DNA of 64,000 nt from an uncultured Actinomycetes bacterium (GTDB lineage: Bacteria > Actinomycetota > UBA4738 > JBBDTT01). Below, in pieces: positions 1-10,194 of the stretch. Below the pieces are notes generated by a model. The model saw only the letters and a program-made list of their open reading frames with translations. It had not been told where the DNA came from and made no database searches. The stretch lies in the NCBI GenBank assembly GCA_963742735.1, contig CAVUMN010000004.1:1120001-1184000 (forward strand). Reading direction: 5' to 3'. The position numbers were made by a program, and so were the translations under genes. Every line of letters starts with the position of its first letter. Positions within the stretch are counted from its first letter, which is position 1.

Positions 1-558
1 CCGCAGGTTGAACGCCGGCACGGTCTGCAGTGTCACCGTCGACAGGATCCCCAGCGCGCCGACCGAGATGCGCGCGGCGAGCAGCGTCTCCGCGTCGCAG
101 TCCACGACCGATCCGTCACCGGCGACCAGCCGGATGCCGCGGACCTGCGTGGCCAGGTTGCCGTGCGCCCGCCCCGTCCCGTGGGTCGAGGTCGAGATCG
201 CCCCGGCGACCGACTGGTACGCGATGTCGCCCAGGTTCTCCATCGCCAGCCCGCACGCCGCGAGCTCGTCGTTGAGCTTCGACAGCGAGATCCCGGCCTC
301 CACGGTGACCAGGCCGGTCTGCGGGTCCGCCTCCAGGACGGCGTCGTGTCCGTCGAGCCGCAGCATCACGCCGTCGGTGCATGCCGCGTCGGTGAACGAG
401 TGGCCCGCGCCGACGGCCTTCACGGTCAGCCCGTCGTTCGTGGCCTGCGTCACCGCCCGGACGATCTCCTCCTCGGACGAGACGGTGAGCCTGCGGGCCG
501 GAGCGCACGAGGCGGTCGCGCCCCAGTTGGTCCAGGTCGCCTCGGCGGTCCTCACCAT
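1..558 (-). CDS. FAD-linked oxidoreductase, D-arabinono-1,4-lactone/L-gulonolactone oxidase family (runs off window)
   Basis: Manual translation from ATG 558, which overlaps the upstream stop: MVRTAEATWTNWG...VKAVGAGHSFT...VEAGI...NLGDIAYQSVAGAISTSTHGTG, an FAD_binding_4 signature. Confidence 0.85.
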   Translation of the reverse strand, partial: MVRTAEATWTNWGATASCAPARRLTVSSEEEIVRAVTQATNDGLTVKAVGAGHSFTDAACTDGVMLRLDGHDAVLEADPQTGLVTVEAGISLSKLNDELAACGLAMENLGDIAYQSVAGAISTSTHGTGRAHGNLATQVRGIRLVAGDGSVVDCDAETLLAARISVGALGILSTVTLQTVPAFNLR

Positions 559-1544
559 CCCCGGAGATCGACCTCCCAGGTGTCCACCACCTCGTCGCCC
601 GCGACCACGCGCATCCGCTCGTGGTACGCGACGGTCGGGTCGACGTGCGCCGGGATCACCCGCAGCCGGTCGCCGACCTTCACCGGCGAGGACGGGACGA
701 ACGTGAGGTGCTCATCGGCGACGAACACCACGGCATGGTCGTCCTCGAGCGCCGGCGGTCCGTGGTCCATGCCGAGCGACTTCAACCCGGTGTCCAGCAC
801 CGCCCACCCGCTCGAGACCGAGATCACCGTGGCCAGGACGTACACGGCCTGGCGGAACGGGAGGTCGAGCTTCGCGTACTCGGTGTCCATCAGGATGTAG
901 GAGCCGGCCTGGATCTCGGTGGCCCAGGTGTTGATGTCGTAGGTCCCGGTTCCGCCGGCGGAGACGACGTCGCCCCCGACGTCCTCGTGCGCGCGCAGCA
1001 GCGTCTGCATCGACTCCTCGACCGCGCTCACGCGAACCTGCCGGTCGGGCTGCAGGACGACGTGGCCCTCGTAGCCCATGACGCCGCGGACGCTGAGGCC
1101 CTTCGAGCGCGCGAACTCCGCGAGCCGGCCGGCCTCGTGGGGCTCCACCCCGCATCGAGGGATGAGCGCCACGTCGATGAGGACCTCCTTGACGCCCCCG
1201 GCCGCGGCCGCCTCGACGGTGGCCTCGGAGTCCACGCACACGGTCACCCGGGCGTCCTCGATGGCCCCCAGCCGCCGAGCCGCGGCGCCGACCACCTCGT
1301 TGGCGAGCAGGAGGTCGTCGCCCAGGCCGGCCGCGGCGAGCCCCTCGATCTCGCGGACGGTCGCCGCGGTGAAGCCGGTGTGTCCGGCCATCGCCTGCCG
1401 GGCGGCCAGGGCCGTCGACTTGTGCGCCTTGACGTGGGGGCGGAGCTTCGAACCGGGCAGCGCGGCGGACATCGTGGACAGGTTGCGCTCGAACGCATCC
1501 GCCTCGACCAGCAAGGCCGGCGTGGTCAGGTCGCGCAGGTCCAC
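552..1544 (-). CDS. DSD1/D-threonine aldolase-like PLP enzyme (alanine racemase fold)
   Basis: TPALLV, LRPHVKAHK (PLP lysine), GVMGYEGH, GGTGT, EIQAGSY, EH and PAHVDPT motifs. Confidence 0.85.
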   Translation of the reverse strand: MDLRDLTTPALLVEADAFERNLSTMSAALPGSKLRPHVKAHKSTALAARQAMAGHTGFTAATVREIEGLAAAGLGDDLLLANEVVGAAARRLGAIEDARVTVCVDSEATVEAAAAGGVKEVLIDVALIPRCGVEPHEAGRLAEFARSKGLSVRGVMGYEGHVVLQPDRQVRVSAVEESMQTLLRAHEDVGGDVVSAGGTGTYDINTWATEIQAGSYILMDTEYAKLDLPFRQAVYVLATVISVSSGWAVLDTGLKSLGMDHGPPALEDDHAVVFVADEHLTFVPSSPVKVGDRLRVIPAHVDPTVAYHERMRVVAGDEVVDTWEVDLRGW

Positions 1545-1586
1545 GGCGGGGACGCTACCCGGATCGCGACCTCGGTGTGGAACGGG

Positions 1587-2213
1587 TCAGGGGATGCAAG
1601 CGATGCCGTTCGAGGGCGCCCAGCCGGACCGGGTCCCGTCGGCCGCGCGGACCCGAACCCGGATCCCGAAGAAGCCGGTGTTGCAGCGGTACACGAACCG
1701 CCCGGTGACGGCCTCCGTGCCCCCTGACCACCAGACCCACCGGCGGTTCTGCCAGTTGCGCGGGCTCAGGTTCTGCTGCCGCTGCACCTCGAATACCGCG
1801 CCCTCCGGCAGCGCCCCAGGGAGTCCCCACTGCAGGCGGTAGCGGATGCCCGAAGACGGCAGGAAGACCGGGTAGACGGTCAGGGTGCCCTCCTGCGCGA
1901 ACAGCCCGAGGAGGGGGAAGCTCGAGGTGTAGGTGAACGTTCCGGCCGCCGTGGGGTGCCATTCGAAGGAGCCGCCGGGCAGCATGATCCCGGAATCGAA
2001 GACGCCGAGCTCGTCGCTCACCTGGCGGGGCAGCGTCGCGTCGTTGTGCCACGTGACCGGGAGGTTCAGGTAGACGCTCTCGACCGGGTCCACCAGGCCG
2101 GCGTCGGTGATGTAGATGTCCTCGGGGTCGTGGCCGTACGCGGCGGCGGGCTGGATGGAGGCGACGAGCAGCAGCGCGAGGAGCGCGATGAGGACGCGGA
2201 CCCGTCGTCCCAT
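1587..2213 (-). CDS. Secreted cupredoxin-like protein apparently lacking copper ligands
   Basis: Signal peptide ending AAA; VTWHN...FDSGIMLPGGSF...AGTFTY pattern; GGAGG RBS before ATG 2213. Confidence 0.55.
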   Translation of the reverse strand: MGRRVRVLIALLALLLVASIQPAAAYGHDPEDIYITDAGLVDPVESVYLNLPVTWHNDATLPRQVSDELGVFDSGIMLPGGSFEWHPTAAGTFTYTSSFPLLGLFAQEGTLTVYPVFLPSSGIRYRLQWGLPGALPEGAVFEVQRQQNLSPRNWQNRRWVWWSGGTEAVTGRFVYRCNTGFFGIRVRVRAADGTRSGWAPSNGIACIP

Positions 2214-2293
2214 GCCTCCCACAGCGTACGCCGGGCCGCGAGAGTACGGCCACGGCCGGTGGGTACACCTCCGGTGCGAAAGGAGGCAACCTC

Positions 2294-2446
2294 ATGACCA
2301 CCCTCTTCCAGGCATTCATCCAGCGGCTCGTCGAGCTTCGCGACCGCGAGGACGGCATTTCCCCGGGCTCCCTCATCCTCGGGATCATCATCGGCATCGC
2401 GCTCGTCGTGTTCGGCGTCATCAAGTTCCTGATCCCCGGCGAGTAG
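2294..2446 (+). CDS. 50-aa single-TM protein with Flp-prepilin-like leader
   Basis: AGGAGG at 2281, ATG 2294; MTTLFQAFIQRLVELRDREDGISPGSLILGIIIGIALVVFGVIKFLIPGE; GC3-rich codons; below the ORF-track cutoff. Confidence 0.7.
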   Translation: MTTLFQAFIQRLVELRDREDGISPGSLILGIIIGIALVVFGVIKFLIPGE

Positions 2447-2484
2447 GGTCGGGGATGGCGCCCGAACGCCGACAGGGGAGACCG

Positions 2485-3075
2485 ATGCGCAAGGTGATTG
2501 TCAACGCGTTCGCCACCGCCGACGGCGTCATGCAGGCGCCCGGCGGTTCGGACGAGGACAGGGAGGGGGGCTTCAAGCACGGCGGGTGGCAGGGCCCCTA
2601 CTTCGACGACGCGCAGGGAGCGGCAGTCGACGAGGCCTACAGGTCCTCCGGCGGCATGCTCCTCGGCCGCACCACCTACGAGATCTTCGCGTCCTACTGG
2701 CCGAACCCGCCGGACCCGGAGGGCAAGGAGTTCGCCCACGTGATGAACGACGCCCAGAAGTACGTCGTCTCCACGAACCTGAAGGAGCCGCTGGAGTGGC
2801 AGAACTCGACCCTGATCTCAGGTGACCTCAAAGAGGAGATCACCAAGCTCAAGGAGATGGGCGGCGGAGACCTCCAGGTCGTCGGGAGCAGCAAGCTCGG
2901 CCACTCCCTCGCCGAGCTCGGCCTGGTCGACGAGTACCTGCTGTTCATCCACCCGGTGGTCATCGGCGAGGGCAAGCGCGTGTTCGCCGACCCCGGCCCG
3001 CGCATGGGCCTGAGGCTCCTCGACCAGAAGGCGACCCCGAAGGGCGTGCTGATCCTCAGATACGCCGTGGAGTAG
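2485..3075 (+). CDS. Dihydrofolate reductase family (RibD C-terminal) protein
   Basis: [33 protein letters not shown]; GGGGAG RBS. Confidence 0.9.
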   Translation: MRKVIVNAFATADGVMQAPGGSDEDREGGFKHGGWQGPYFDDAQGAAVDEAYRSSGGMLLGRTTYEIFASYWPNPPDPEGKEFAHVMNDAQKYVVSTNLKEPLEWQNSTLISGDLKEEITKLKEMGGGDLQVVGSSKLGHSLAELGLVDEYLLFIHPVVIGEGKRVFADPGPRMGLRLLDQKATPKGVLILRYAVE

Positions 3076-3107
3076 TCCCGGCTCCGCGCCTCCTACACTC
3101 GGGTGTG

Positions 3108-4928
3108 ATGGCAACTCGGGACGACATCCGCAACGTGGCGATCGTGGCCCACGTCGACCACGGCAAGACGACGCTGGTCGACGCGATGCTGTGGCAGACC
3201 GGCGCGTTCCGCGAGAACGAGGACAAGGGGACGCAGATCCTCGACTCGATGGACCTCGAGCGCGAGAAGGGCATCACCATCCTCGCCAAGAACACCGAGG
3301 TCTCCTACGGCGGCGTGCGGATCAACATCGTGGACACGCCGGGCCACGCGGACTTCGGGGGAGAGGTCGAGCGCGGGCTGACGATGGTCGACGGCGTCCT
3401 GCTGCTCGTCGACGCCAGCGAGGGCCCCCTGCCCCAGACGCGGTTCGTCCTGCGCAAGGCGCTGGAGTCGAAGCTGCCGGTGATCCTGGTCATCAACAAG
3501 GTCGACCGGCCCGACGCGCGCATCAAGGAGGTCGTCGACGAGGTCTACGCGCTGTTCCTGGACCTCGACGCCGACGACTCGCAGATCGAGTTCCCCATCC
3601 TGTACGCGAACGCGCGCGCGGGGTGGGCGTCGACCGCAACGGACATCGAGAGCTCGGACCTGAAGCCGCTGTTCGAGTCGCTCATCGAACATATCCCGCC
3701 GCCGTCCTACGACCCCGACCACCCGCTGCAGGCGCTGGTCACGAACCTGGACGCGTCGCCCTACGTCGGGAGGCTCGCGCTGTGCCGGGTGATGCACGGA
3801 ACGATCAAGCGAGGCCAGCAGGTCGCCTGGTGCCGCGCCGACGGCACGATCGAGCAGGCGAAGATCACCGAGCTCTACGTGACGGAAGCGCTGGACCGTG
3901 TGGACGCCGACGAGGTGGGGCCCGGCGAGATCATGGCCGTCGCCGGCCTTGCGGAGGTCACCATCGGCGAGACGCTCGCCGACCCCGCCGACCCGCGGCC
4001 GCTCCCGGTCAGCCACTTCGACGACCCCAGCCTGTCGATGACCCTCGGCGTGAACACCGCGCCGCTGGCCGGCCAGGAGGGTTCCAAGGTCACGGCCCGG
4101 CTGGTCAAGGCGCGCCTGGACCAGGAGATCGTCGGCAACGTCTCGATCAAGGTCCTGACCACCGAGCGCCCCGACACCTGGGAGGTCCAGGGCCGGGGCG
4201 AGCTCCAGCTGGCGGTCCTCGTCGAGATGATGCGCCGCGAGGGCTTCGAGCTCACGGTGGGCAAGCCCCAGGTCGTCACGCGCGAGGTGAACGGCAAGAT
4301 CCACGAGCCGGTCGAGAGGATGACCATCGACGTCCCAGAGGACTACATGGGCGTCGTCACCCAGCTGCTCGCCCTGCGCAAGGGCCGCCTGGAGCAGATG
4401 GTCAACCACGGCACCGGCTGGGTGCGCATCGAGTACCTGGTCCCCGCGCGCGGCCTGATCGGCTTCCGCACGGAGTTCATGACGGAGACCAGAGGCACCG
4501 GCCTGCTCCACCACGTCTTCGACCGGTACGAGCCCTGGCACGGCGAGCTCCGCACGCGAGGGACCGGCTCGCTCGTCGCCGACCGGCGAGGCATGACCAC
4601 CGGCTTCGCCCTGGCCAACCTGCAGGAACGAGGCTCGATGTTCGTGGCCCCCGGCGTCGAGGTCTACGAGGGCATGATCGTGGGGGAGAACAGCCGGTCC
4701 GAGGACATGAACGTCAACCCCGCCAAGGAGAAGAAGCTCACGAACATGCGAAGCTCGACGAGCGACGAGCTGGTGCGCCTGATCCCGGCGAGGGAGCTCA
4801 GCCTCGAGCAAGCCCTGGAATTCCTGAGGGAAGACGAAGCCGTCGAGGTCACCCCGAAGTCCATCCGGCTGCGGAAGGTGATCCTCGACCAGAGCGCCCG
4901 CGCCAAGGCCTCCCGAGCCCCGGGCTAG
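3108..4928 (+). CDS. typA: Translational GTPase TypA/BipA
   Basis: [63 protein letters not shown]. Confidence 0.97.
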   Translation: MATRDDIRNVAIVAHVDHGKTTLVDAMLWQTGAFRENEDKGTQILDSMDLEREKGITILAKNTEVSYGGVRINIVDTPGHADFGGEVERGLTMVDGVLLLVDASEGPLPQTRFVLRKALESKLPVILVINKVDRPDARIKEVVDEVYALFLDLDADDSQIEFPILYANARAGWASTATDIESSDLKPLFESLIEHIPPPSYDPDHPLQALVTNLDASPYVGRLALCRVMHGTIKRGQQVAWCRADGTIEQAKITELYVTEALDRVDADEVGPGEIMAVAGLAEVTIGETLADPADPRPLPVSHFDDPSLSMTLGVNTAPLAGQEGSKVTARLVKARLDQEIVGNVSIKVLTTERPDTWEVQGRGELQLAVLVEMMRREGFELTVGKPQVVTREVNGKIHEPVERMTIDVPEDYMGVVTQLLALRKGRLEQMVNHGTGWVRIEYLVPARGLIGFRTEFMTETRGTGLLHHVFDRYEPWHGELRTRGTGSLVADRRGMTTGFALANLQERGSMFVAPGVEVYEGMIVGENSRSEDMNVNPAKEKKLTNMRSSTSDELVRLIPARELSLEQALEFLREDEAVEVTPKSIRLRKVILDQSARAKASRAPG

Positions 4929-4962
4929 GCACTCCCTCCGAGGAGCCGTATATCGTCGGGCC

Positions 4963-7305
4963 GTGGCCCGGCTGCGGCGTTCGGTCCTGATCGCAATCAC
5001 GGTGGCGATGCTCGCCGCCGCGTGCACGTCCTCACCTCCCGACGGGCCGGTGCCGGCCGCCGGAGGAACGCTCCGCGTCGGGATGCTCACCAATCAAGAG
5101 CTCGGGTCGTGGTGCCCGTTCGTGATGTGCGGCCGGCCCTTCGACATCCAGTCGACCTCGTTCGTCGACGTGTTCAACCTGGAGCGGTGCTGCCTCATGC
5201 GGACGCTGCTGACGTACAACGGCGGGTCGGCGGGGGAGGGCGGCACCGTCCTCCGACCCGACATGGCCAAGGCGCTCCCCGAGATCTCCCCGGACGGGCT
5301 CACGTGGACCTTCCACCTCCGCGCCGGCGTCCACTACGCCCCGCCCATGCAGGACACCGAGATCGTCGCGGCCGACTTCATCCGCTCGTTCGAGCGCTCG
5401 ATGACGCCGGCCGGGCCGGCGGTCCCTTGGGCCGACGGCGGGACCATCGGTGCGTATTACAGCGATTCGTACGTGAGCAGCGTCGTCGAGGGGGCCGCCG
5501 AGTTCACCGCGGGCGAGGCCGAGCACGTCTCGGGCCTGGAGGCCCCCGACCCGCACACCCTCGTCTTCCGCCTGACCCAGCCGACCGGCGACCTCGGGCA
5601 CCGGGTGTCGCAAGCGGTGTTCGGCCCCATCCCGGCGAACCCGGCCCGGCCGGACGACCCGCTGGGCGTCGCCCAGGGCCACGACTTCGACTATGGCGAC
5701 GTCCTCGTGGCCAGCGGCCCGTACCGGTTCGCCGGAAGCGAGCTGCTCGCCCACGACGCGCCGCCCGAGGACCAGCTCCCACCGTCGGGGAACGGGTTCA
5801 CGCGGGCCGTCCTGGTCCGCAACCCGTCCTGGTCGCACCAGAACGACCCCGTGCGCGCGGCCGTCCCGGACCGGATCGAGTTCTACCCGGTGACGTCGGT
5901 CGAGGACGCGGAGGAGCACGTCCGGTCCGGTGCGCTCGACCTGGTGATGAACTTGGAGACCGACGCGCTCACGGCGAAGCGATGGCTCGACGACCAGGAG
6001 ATCCGCTCACGCGTCACGGTGGCGCCGATGGACGGGATGCACTTCCTCCACATGAACCTCGCCGTGCGTCCGTTCGACGACATCCACGTCCGCCGCGCCA
6101 TGAACCTCGCCGTGGACCGCAACGCGGTGGTGGACGTCCTGGAGTCGGACGCGGGACGCGCCGGCCAGCAGGTGCTGACGCACCTCGCCCTCGACTCCTA
6201 CGAGGACAACCTGCTCATCTCCTATGCGCCGCCCGGCGTCGAGCACACGGCGAACCTGGAAGCCGCGCGGGCGGAGATGGCGCAGTCGGCCTACGACACC
6301 GACCACGACGGGCGATGCGACATCCCGGCCTGCTCGGACATCCAGCTGATGAGCCGGGACGTGTCGGACAACGTGGCCTCGTCGCACGAGGTGGCCCGGC
6401 AGCTCCGCGCGGTCGGCGTGGACTTTCGGGTGCGGGTCGTGGACGACGAGGTCATCTTCGACGCCTACTCGAGCCCCGAGAGCGGGTTCCCGTCACGCGT
6501 CGGCGGCTGGTTCAAGGACTTCCCCAGCGCGAGCTCGTTCCTGCCGATCCAGCTGCATTCGCGCAGCATCGCCCGGGGGAACATCTCGATGGTCGGCGCG
6601 CCGCCCGCGCTGCTCCGCCGCTACGGCTTCGACGCGCGGGAGGTCCCCAACGTCGACGACCGCCTGGACGCGTGCTCGGAGCTGGTCTTCGACGCCCAGA
6701 CGCGCTGCTGGGCGCAGCTGGATCAGTACCTGTCCGAGCAGCTGGTCCCCTGGATCCCGCTGACGCAGCTCACGAACGCGTGGCTGGTGTCGGAACGCGT
6801 GCGCAGCTTCACCCTCGCCGCGTCGATCGCGCTCCCGTACCCCGCCATCGAGCGAATCCGCGTGGTGGGCGAGCCGCCGGCGCCGCCGCCCGCCGCCCCC
6901 GGGCCGGATCCGATCCCCGACATCCCCGACGGCGTCTACCGCTTCACCCTCACCACGGATGACCTCGGCCCGGACGACCCGGAGGGGACCGGCACGTTCA
7001 CGATGCTCCTGCGCGGCGGGCGGTTCTACATGCACCAGCGCGGCGACCATCCGATCTTCAATCCCGTCATGACCGGCCGGTACGAGGGCTCCGGCGACCA
7101 GGTGACGTTCACCGCCGACGCGCCCTCGGAAAACGCGGACACGTTCTCGCTGCTGACGTGGACGCTCGACGGTGACGACCTGGTGTTCGAGCTGCCGAGA
7201 TGCACGGGGCCGGCCGCCGGCGACGAGGGCTTCTGCAGCTTCCAGCGCGCGTTCTTCACCGCGCACCCGTGGGAGCGAATCGGGGAGGCGTTCGGGCCGG
7301 TCTAG
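4963..7305 (+). CDS. Family-5 ABC substrate-binding lipoprotein with extra C-terminal domain
   Basis: Lipobox LAAAC; PDMAKALPEISPDGLTWTFHLR, PFDDIHVRRAMNLAVDR; Pro-rich linker then an additional domain of about 130 aa. Confidence 0.85.
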   Translation: MARLRRSVLIAITVAMLAAACTSSPPDGPVPAAGGTLRVGMLTNQELGSWCPFVMCGRPFDIQSTSFVDVFNLERCCLMRTLLTYNGGSAGEGGTVLRPDMAKALPEISPDGLTWTFHLRAGVHYAPPMQDTEIVAADFIRSFERSMTPAGPAVPWADGGTIGAYYSDSYVSSVVEGAAEFTAGEAEHVSGLEAPDPHTLVFRLTQPTGDLGHRVSQAVFGPIPANPARPDDPLGVAQGHDFDYGDVLVASGPYRFAGSELLAHDAPPEDQLPPSGNGFTRAVLVRNPSWSHQNDPVRAAVPDRIEFYPVTSVEDAEEHVRSGALDLVMNLETDALTAKRWLDDQEIRSRVTVAPMDGMHFLHMNLAVRPFDDIHVRRAMNLAVDRNAVVDVLESDAGRAGQQVLTHLALDSYEDNLLISYAPPGVEHTANLEAARAEMAQSAYDTDHDGRCDIPACSDIQLMSRDVSDNVASSHEVARQLRAVGVDFRVRVVDDEVIFDAYSSPESGFPSRVGGWFKDFPSASSFLPIQLHSRSIARGNISMVGAPPALLRRYGFDAREVPNVDDRLDACSELVFDAQTRCWAQLDQYLSEQLVPWIPLTQLTNAWLVSERVRSFTLAASIALPYPAIERIRVVGEPPAPPPAAPGPDPIPDIPDGVYRFTLTTDDLGPDDPEGTGTFTMLLRGGRFYMHQRGDHPIFNPVMTGRYEGSGDQVTFTADAPSENADTFSLLTWTLDGDDLVFELPRCTGPAAGDEGFCSFQRAFFTAHPWERIGEAFGPV

Positions 7306-8846
7306 AGGGTGTGCAGGCTCACCCAGACGGCGTCGGGGGTGAGCGCGATCGCGTCCGGACTGAACCCCAGGCGCGTGCGCCCGGTGACCCGGGCCGACGA
7401 GGGGTCGATCCGCGCCACGGTCCCGTCCAGGCTGTTCGCCACCCACACCGAGCCGCGCCCCGCGGCGATGCCGAGCGGACCGTTGCCGACGTTCGCGATC
7501 GTGGCCGTCCGTCCGGAGGCGGGGTCGATCCGGGTCACGGAGTCGTCGTCGGTGGCGGTCACCCACACCGACCCCTCGCCGGCCGTGATCCGCGCCGGAT
7601 GTCCCTGCCGCATGGGGATCGCGCGTCGCACGGTGAAGTCCGTCGGGTCGATCTCGAAGACGCGCGCGCCCTGGCGGTCGGCCACCCACACGGCATCCTC
7701 GCCCACCGCGACGTCCACGGGGTCGGCCGCGACGGTCTCGCCCGCGGCGGCCTCGGTCAGCTGCAGCCCCGTCACGTCGTTGGTCTGCGGGTCCAGGCGG
7801 TACAGCACGCCGTCGTTCGGCGACGCGATCCACACGTGGTCGAGCCCGAACGCGACGCCCTGGACGCCGGACGCGACGTCGATCGGCACGACGGAGTTCG
7901 CCTCCCGAGGGTCGATCCGAACGACCTGGCCGTTGAGGCCGTTGGTGACCCACACCGAGCCGCCGCCGACGGCAATCCCGGTCGGGTTGGACAGGACGCC
8001 GCCCTTGGCGGGCGCGGCCGTCAGGGAGCTGGCGTCGATCGCCTGCACGGTCTTGTCGTCGAAGTTCGCCACCCACAGCGTGTCCTCGCCGAAGGCGAGC
8101 CCGGTCGGCGTGGTGCCGACGCCGACCCCGCCGGCCACCTCGCCGGTCTCGGGGTCCAGCCGGACGACGGTGTTCGGAGCGGGGGAGAACTCCGGCTCGC
8201 CGGGGCGGAACAGGATGAACGCCGCCACGACGGCCAGGGCCGTGGCGATGGCGCCGGCGATCAGCAGCACCCGCCGGCGCGACCGGGTCTCGTCCGCGTC
8301 GCGGGGCTCGCGCGTCACGTCGTCCTCGGCAGTGGTCTCGGGCACCCGGACGGCGAACAGGTGCATCTGCTGGGTGACGCCCTTCAGCTCGTGAACGCCC
8401 GCGTCGGCGAACTGCAGATCCGAGCCGGCCATCAGGTCGCGCACGGTGTTCGAGACCAGGAGCTGGCCCGGCCCGGCGGTCGACATCACCCGGGCGCCGA
8501 CGTGGACGGCGATGCCGCCGAGCCCGCGGCCCATGGTCTCCACCTCGCCCATGTGGACACCCGCGCGGATGTCGATCCCGGCGAGCTTGAGGCGATCGAT
8601 GAGCTCGATGGCGCAGTCGATCGCCTCCGAGGGCTGGTCGAACGTCGCGAAGAACCCGTCGCCCGCGGTGTCGATCTCCCGGCCGGAATGGCGCTTCAGC
8701 GTCTTGCGGACGATCGAGTGGTGGGTGGTGAGCAGCTGCCGCCACCGGCGGTCGCCGAGCTCCGTGGCCCGCTGGGTGGAACCGACGATGTCGGTGAAGA
8801 GCACCGTCGTGAGGAGGCGCTTCTTCGGCGGCACGTTCCGCGGCAT
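7302..8846 (-). CDS. Class III adenylate/guanylate cyclase + TM + extracellular beta-propeller
   Basis: VLFTDIVGST, DTAGDGFFATF, IRAGVHMGEV, GIAVHVGARV; one TM; repeated G.GSVWV.N...V.RIDP blades. Confidence 0.9.
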   Translation of the reverse strand: MPRNVPPKKRLLTTVLFTDIVGSTQRATELGDRRWRQLLTTHHSIVRKTLKRHSGREIDTAGDGFFATFDQPSEAIDCAIELIDRLKLAGIDIRAGVHMGEVETMGRGLGGIAVHVGARVMSTAGPGQLLVSNTVRDLMAGSDLQFADAGVHELKGVTQQMHLFAVRVPETTAEDDVTREPRDADETRSRRRVLLIAGAIATALAVVAAFILFRPGEPEFSPAPNTVVRLDPETGEVAGGVGVGTTPTGLAFGEDTLWVANFDDKTVQAIDASSLTAAPAKGGVLSNPTGIAVGGGSVWVTNGLNGQVVRIDPREANSVVPIDVASGVQGVAFGLDHVWIASPNDGVLYRLDPQTNDVTGLQLTEAAAGETVAADPVDVAVGEDAVWVADRQGARVFEIDPTDFTVRRAIPMRQGHPARITAGEGSVWVTATDDDSVTRIDPASGRTATIANVGNGPLGIAAGRGSVWVANSLDGTVARIDPSSARVTGRTRLGFSPDAIALTPDAVWVSLHTL

Positions 8847-8849
8847 GGC

Positions 8850-9995
8850 CTAGCCGGTGTCGAACCTGGGCCGCGGGCCGCCCAGGAAGTGCTTCCCGAG
8901 GGTCGTCACCTGGTTCTGGTAGTTGGACCCGACGTCGGAGCCGTAGAGGCGGTCCGGCGGCGCGGCCATCCGCTCGAAGACGAGCTTGCAGACCGGCTGT
9001 CCCTCCTCGATGAGGAACGGCACGTCGTGCGCCCGGACCTCCAACGCCGCGGTCGAGCCCCGGTTCGCGTCCCCGGCCGTGAACCCGAACCCGGGGTCGA
9101 AGAAGCCGGCGTAGTGCGACCGAAGCTCGCCGCTGGTGGGGTCGTACGCGGCCATCTCCGCGGCGACCGTCGGCGGGACGGAGACCGCCTCTGCCGACAT
9201 CAGCAGGTAGAAGTCCCCGGGCTCCAGGACCAGGCCGTGATGCTCACGGCCGACCTCCTCCCAGTACCGCTGGGGGTCGTGGTCGGTCCGGCTCAGGTCC
9301 ACCAGCTGGCTGTACCGCTTCGCGCGGTACCCGACCGGCCCGGCGCCGCTCCCGAGGCGGAGGCTCAGAAAGAGGCCCGCCTGCCTCAAGGGCAGCTCGC
9401 CGGCATCGACCGGCGCGCCGTCGCGGAACAGCAGGGGACTGGAGGCGTGGAGCGCGCGGATGTCGTCGTCGCCGATGCGGGCGGCGCCGCGCTCCAGCCG
9501 GAGCTGGTTCAGGGAGAGCCCTGCCTGGACGCGGACGGTGAACGACAGCGGCACGACCTCCAGGAACAGCGGCCCGACGTAGCCGGCGCGGACGTCGTCG
9601 AAGGTGGAGCCGCGGTCGGTGATGACGCGGGTGAAGACGTCCAGGCGCCCGGTCGAGCTCTTCGGGTTGGCGCGGCCGCGGACGTCGTCGGGGACCCGGA
9701 GCTCCTCCATGAGGGGGATGAGGTACGGGCAGCGCGGCTCCAGGATGGCCCCCTCGTCGCGGAGGTCGAGCTCGCCGATGACCAGCTCCTGCAGCCGCTC
9801 CTCCACGGTCATGGTGCCGGGAAGGAAGGAGCACTGCAGGCGATAGGCGCGTTCCCCCAGGCGGAGGTCGAGGCTCGCGGGCTGGATGAGGTCGGGGAGG
9901 ATGGTCCACTTGGAGTGGATCCAGCCCTCGTCGACCGCGCGGCGCAGCCACCGGTCGGGAAAGACGCCCTCGTCCGACAGCCAGTCCTCGCTCAC
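8850..9995 (-). CDS. dcd: 2'-deoxycytidine 5'-triphosphate deaminase (long two-domain type)
   Basis: IQPASLDLRLG, ANPKSSTGRLDVFTR, GELRSHYAGFFDPGFG, LEVRAHDVPF, SNYQNQ; GTG 9995 preferred as start. Confidence 0.9.
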   Translation of the reverse strand: MSEDWLSDEGVFPDRWLRRAVDEGWIHSKWTILPDLIQPASLDLRLGERAYRLQCSFLPGTMTVEERLQELVIGELDLRDEGAILEPRCPYLIPLMEELRVPDDVRGRANPKSSTGRLDVFTRVITDRGSTFDDVRAGYVGPLFLEVVPLSFTVRVQAGLSLNQLRLERGAARIGDDDIRALHASSPLLFRDGAPVDAGELPLRQAGLFLSLRLGSGAGPVGYRAKRYSQLVDLSRTDHDPQRYWEEVGREHHGLVLEPGDFYLLMSAEAVSVPPTVAAEMAAYDPTSGELRSHYAGFFDPGFGFTAGDANRGSTAALEVRAHDVPFLIEEGQPVCKLVFERMAAPPDRLYGSDVGSNYQNQVTTLGKHFLGGPRPRFDTG

Positions 9996-10047
9996 GCTGC
10001 CCAAGTGTATGGTCGAACCGTCGCCCCCGTGACCAGGGGAGGGTCCC

Positions 10048-10149
10048 ATGCGCAAGGTGATCGTCAACGAGTTCCTCACGCTCGACGGCGTGATGCAGGC
10101 GCCCGGTGGCTCCGACGAGGACGTGGATCGGGTCTTGCCTCGGGCGTAA
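10048..10149 (+). pseudogene. 5' remnant of a DHFR-family gene (paralog of 2485..3075)
   Basis: GGGGAG RBS + [25 protein letters not shown], then unrelated sequence and TAA. Confidence 0.85.
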
Positions 10150-10194
10150 CCCAGGCGTAGCTTTTTGTGGTCTCCCTGCCCAGGAGGTGCCCGC

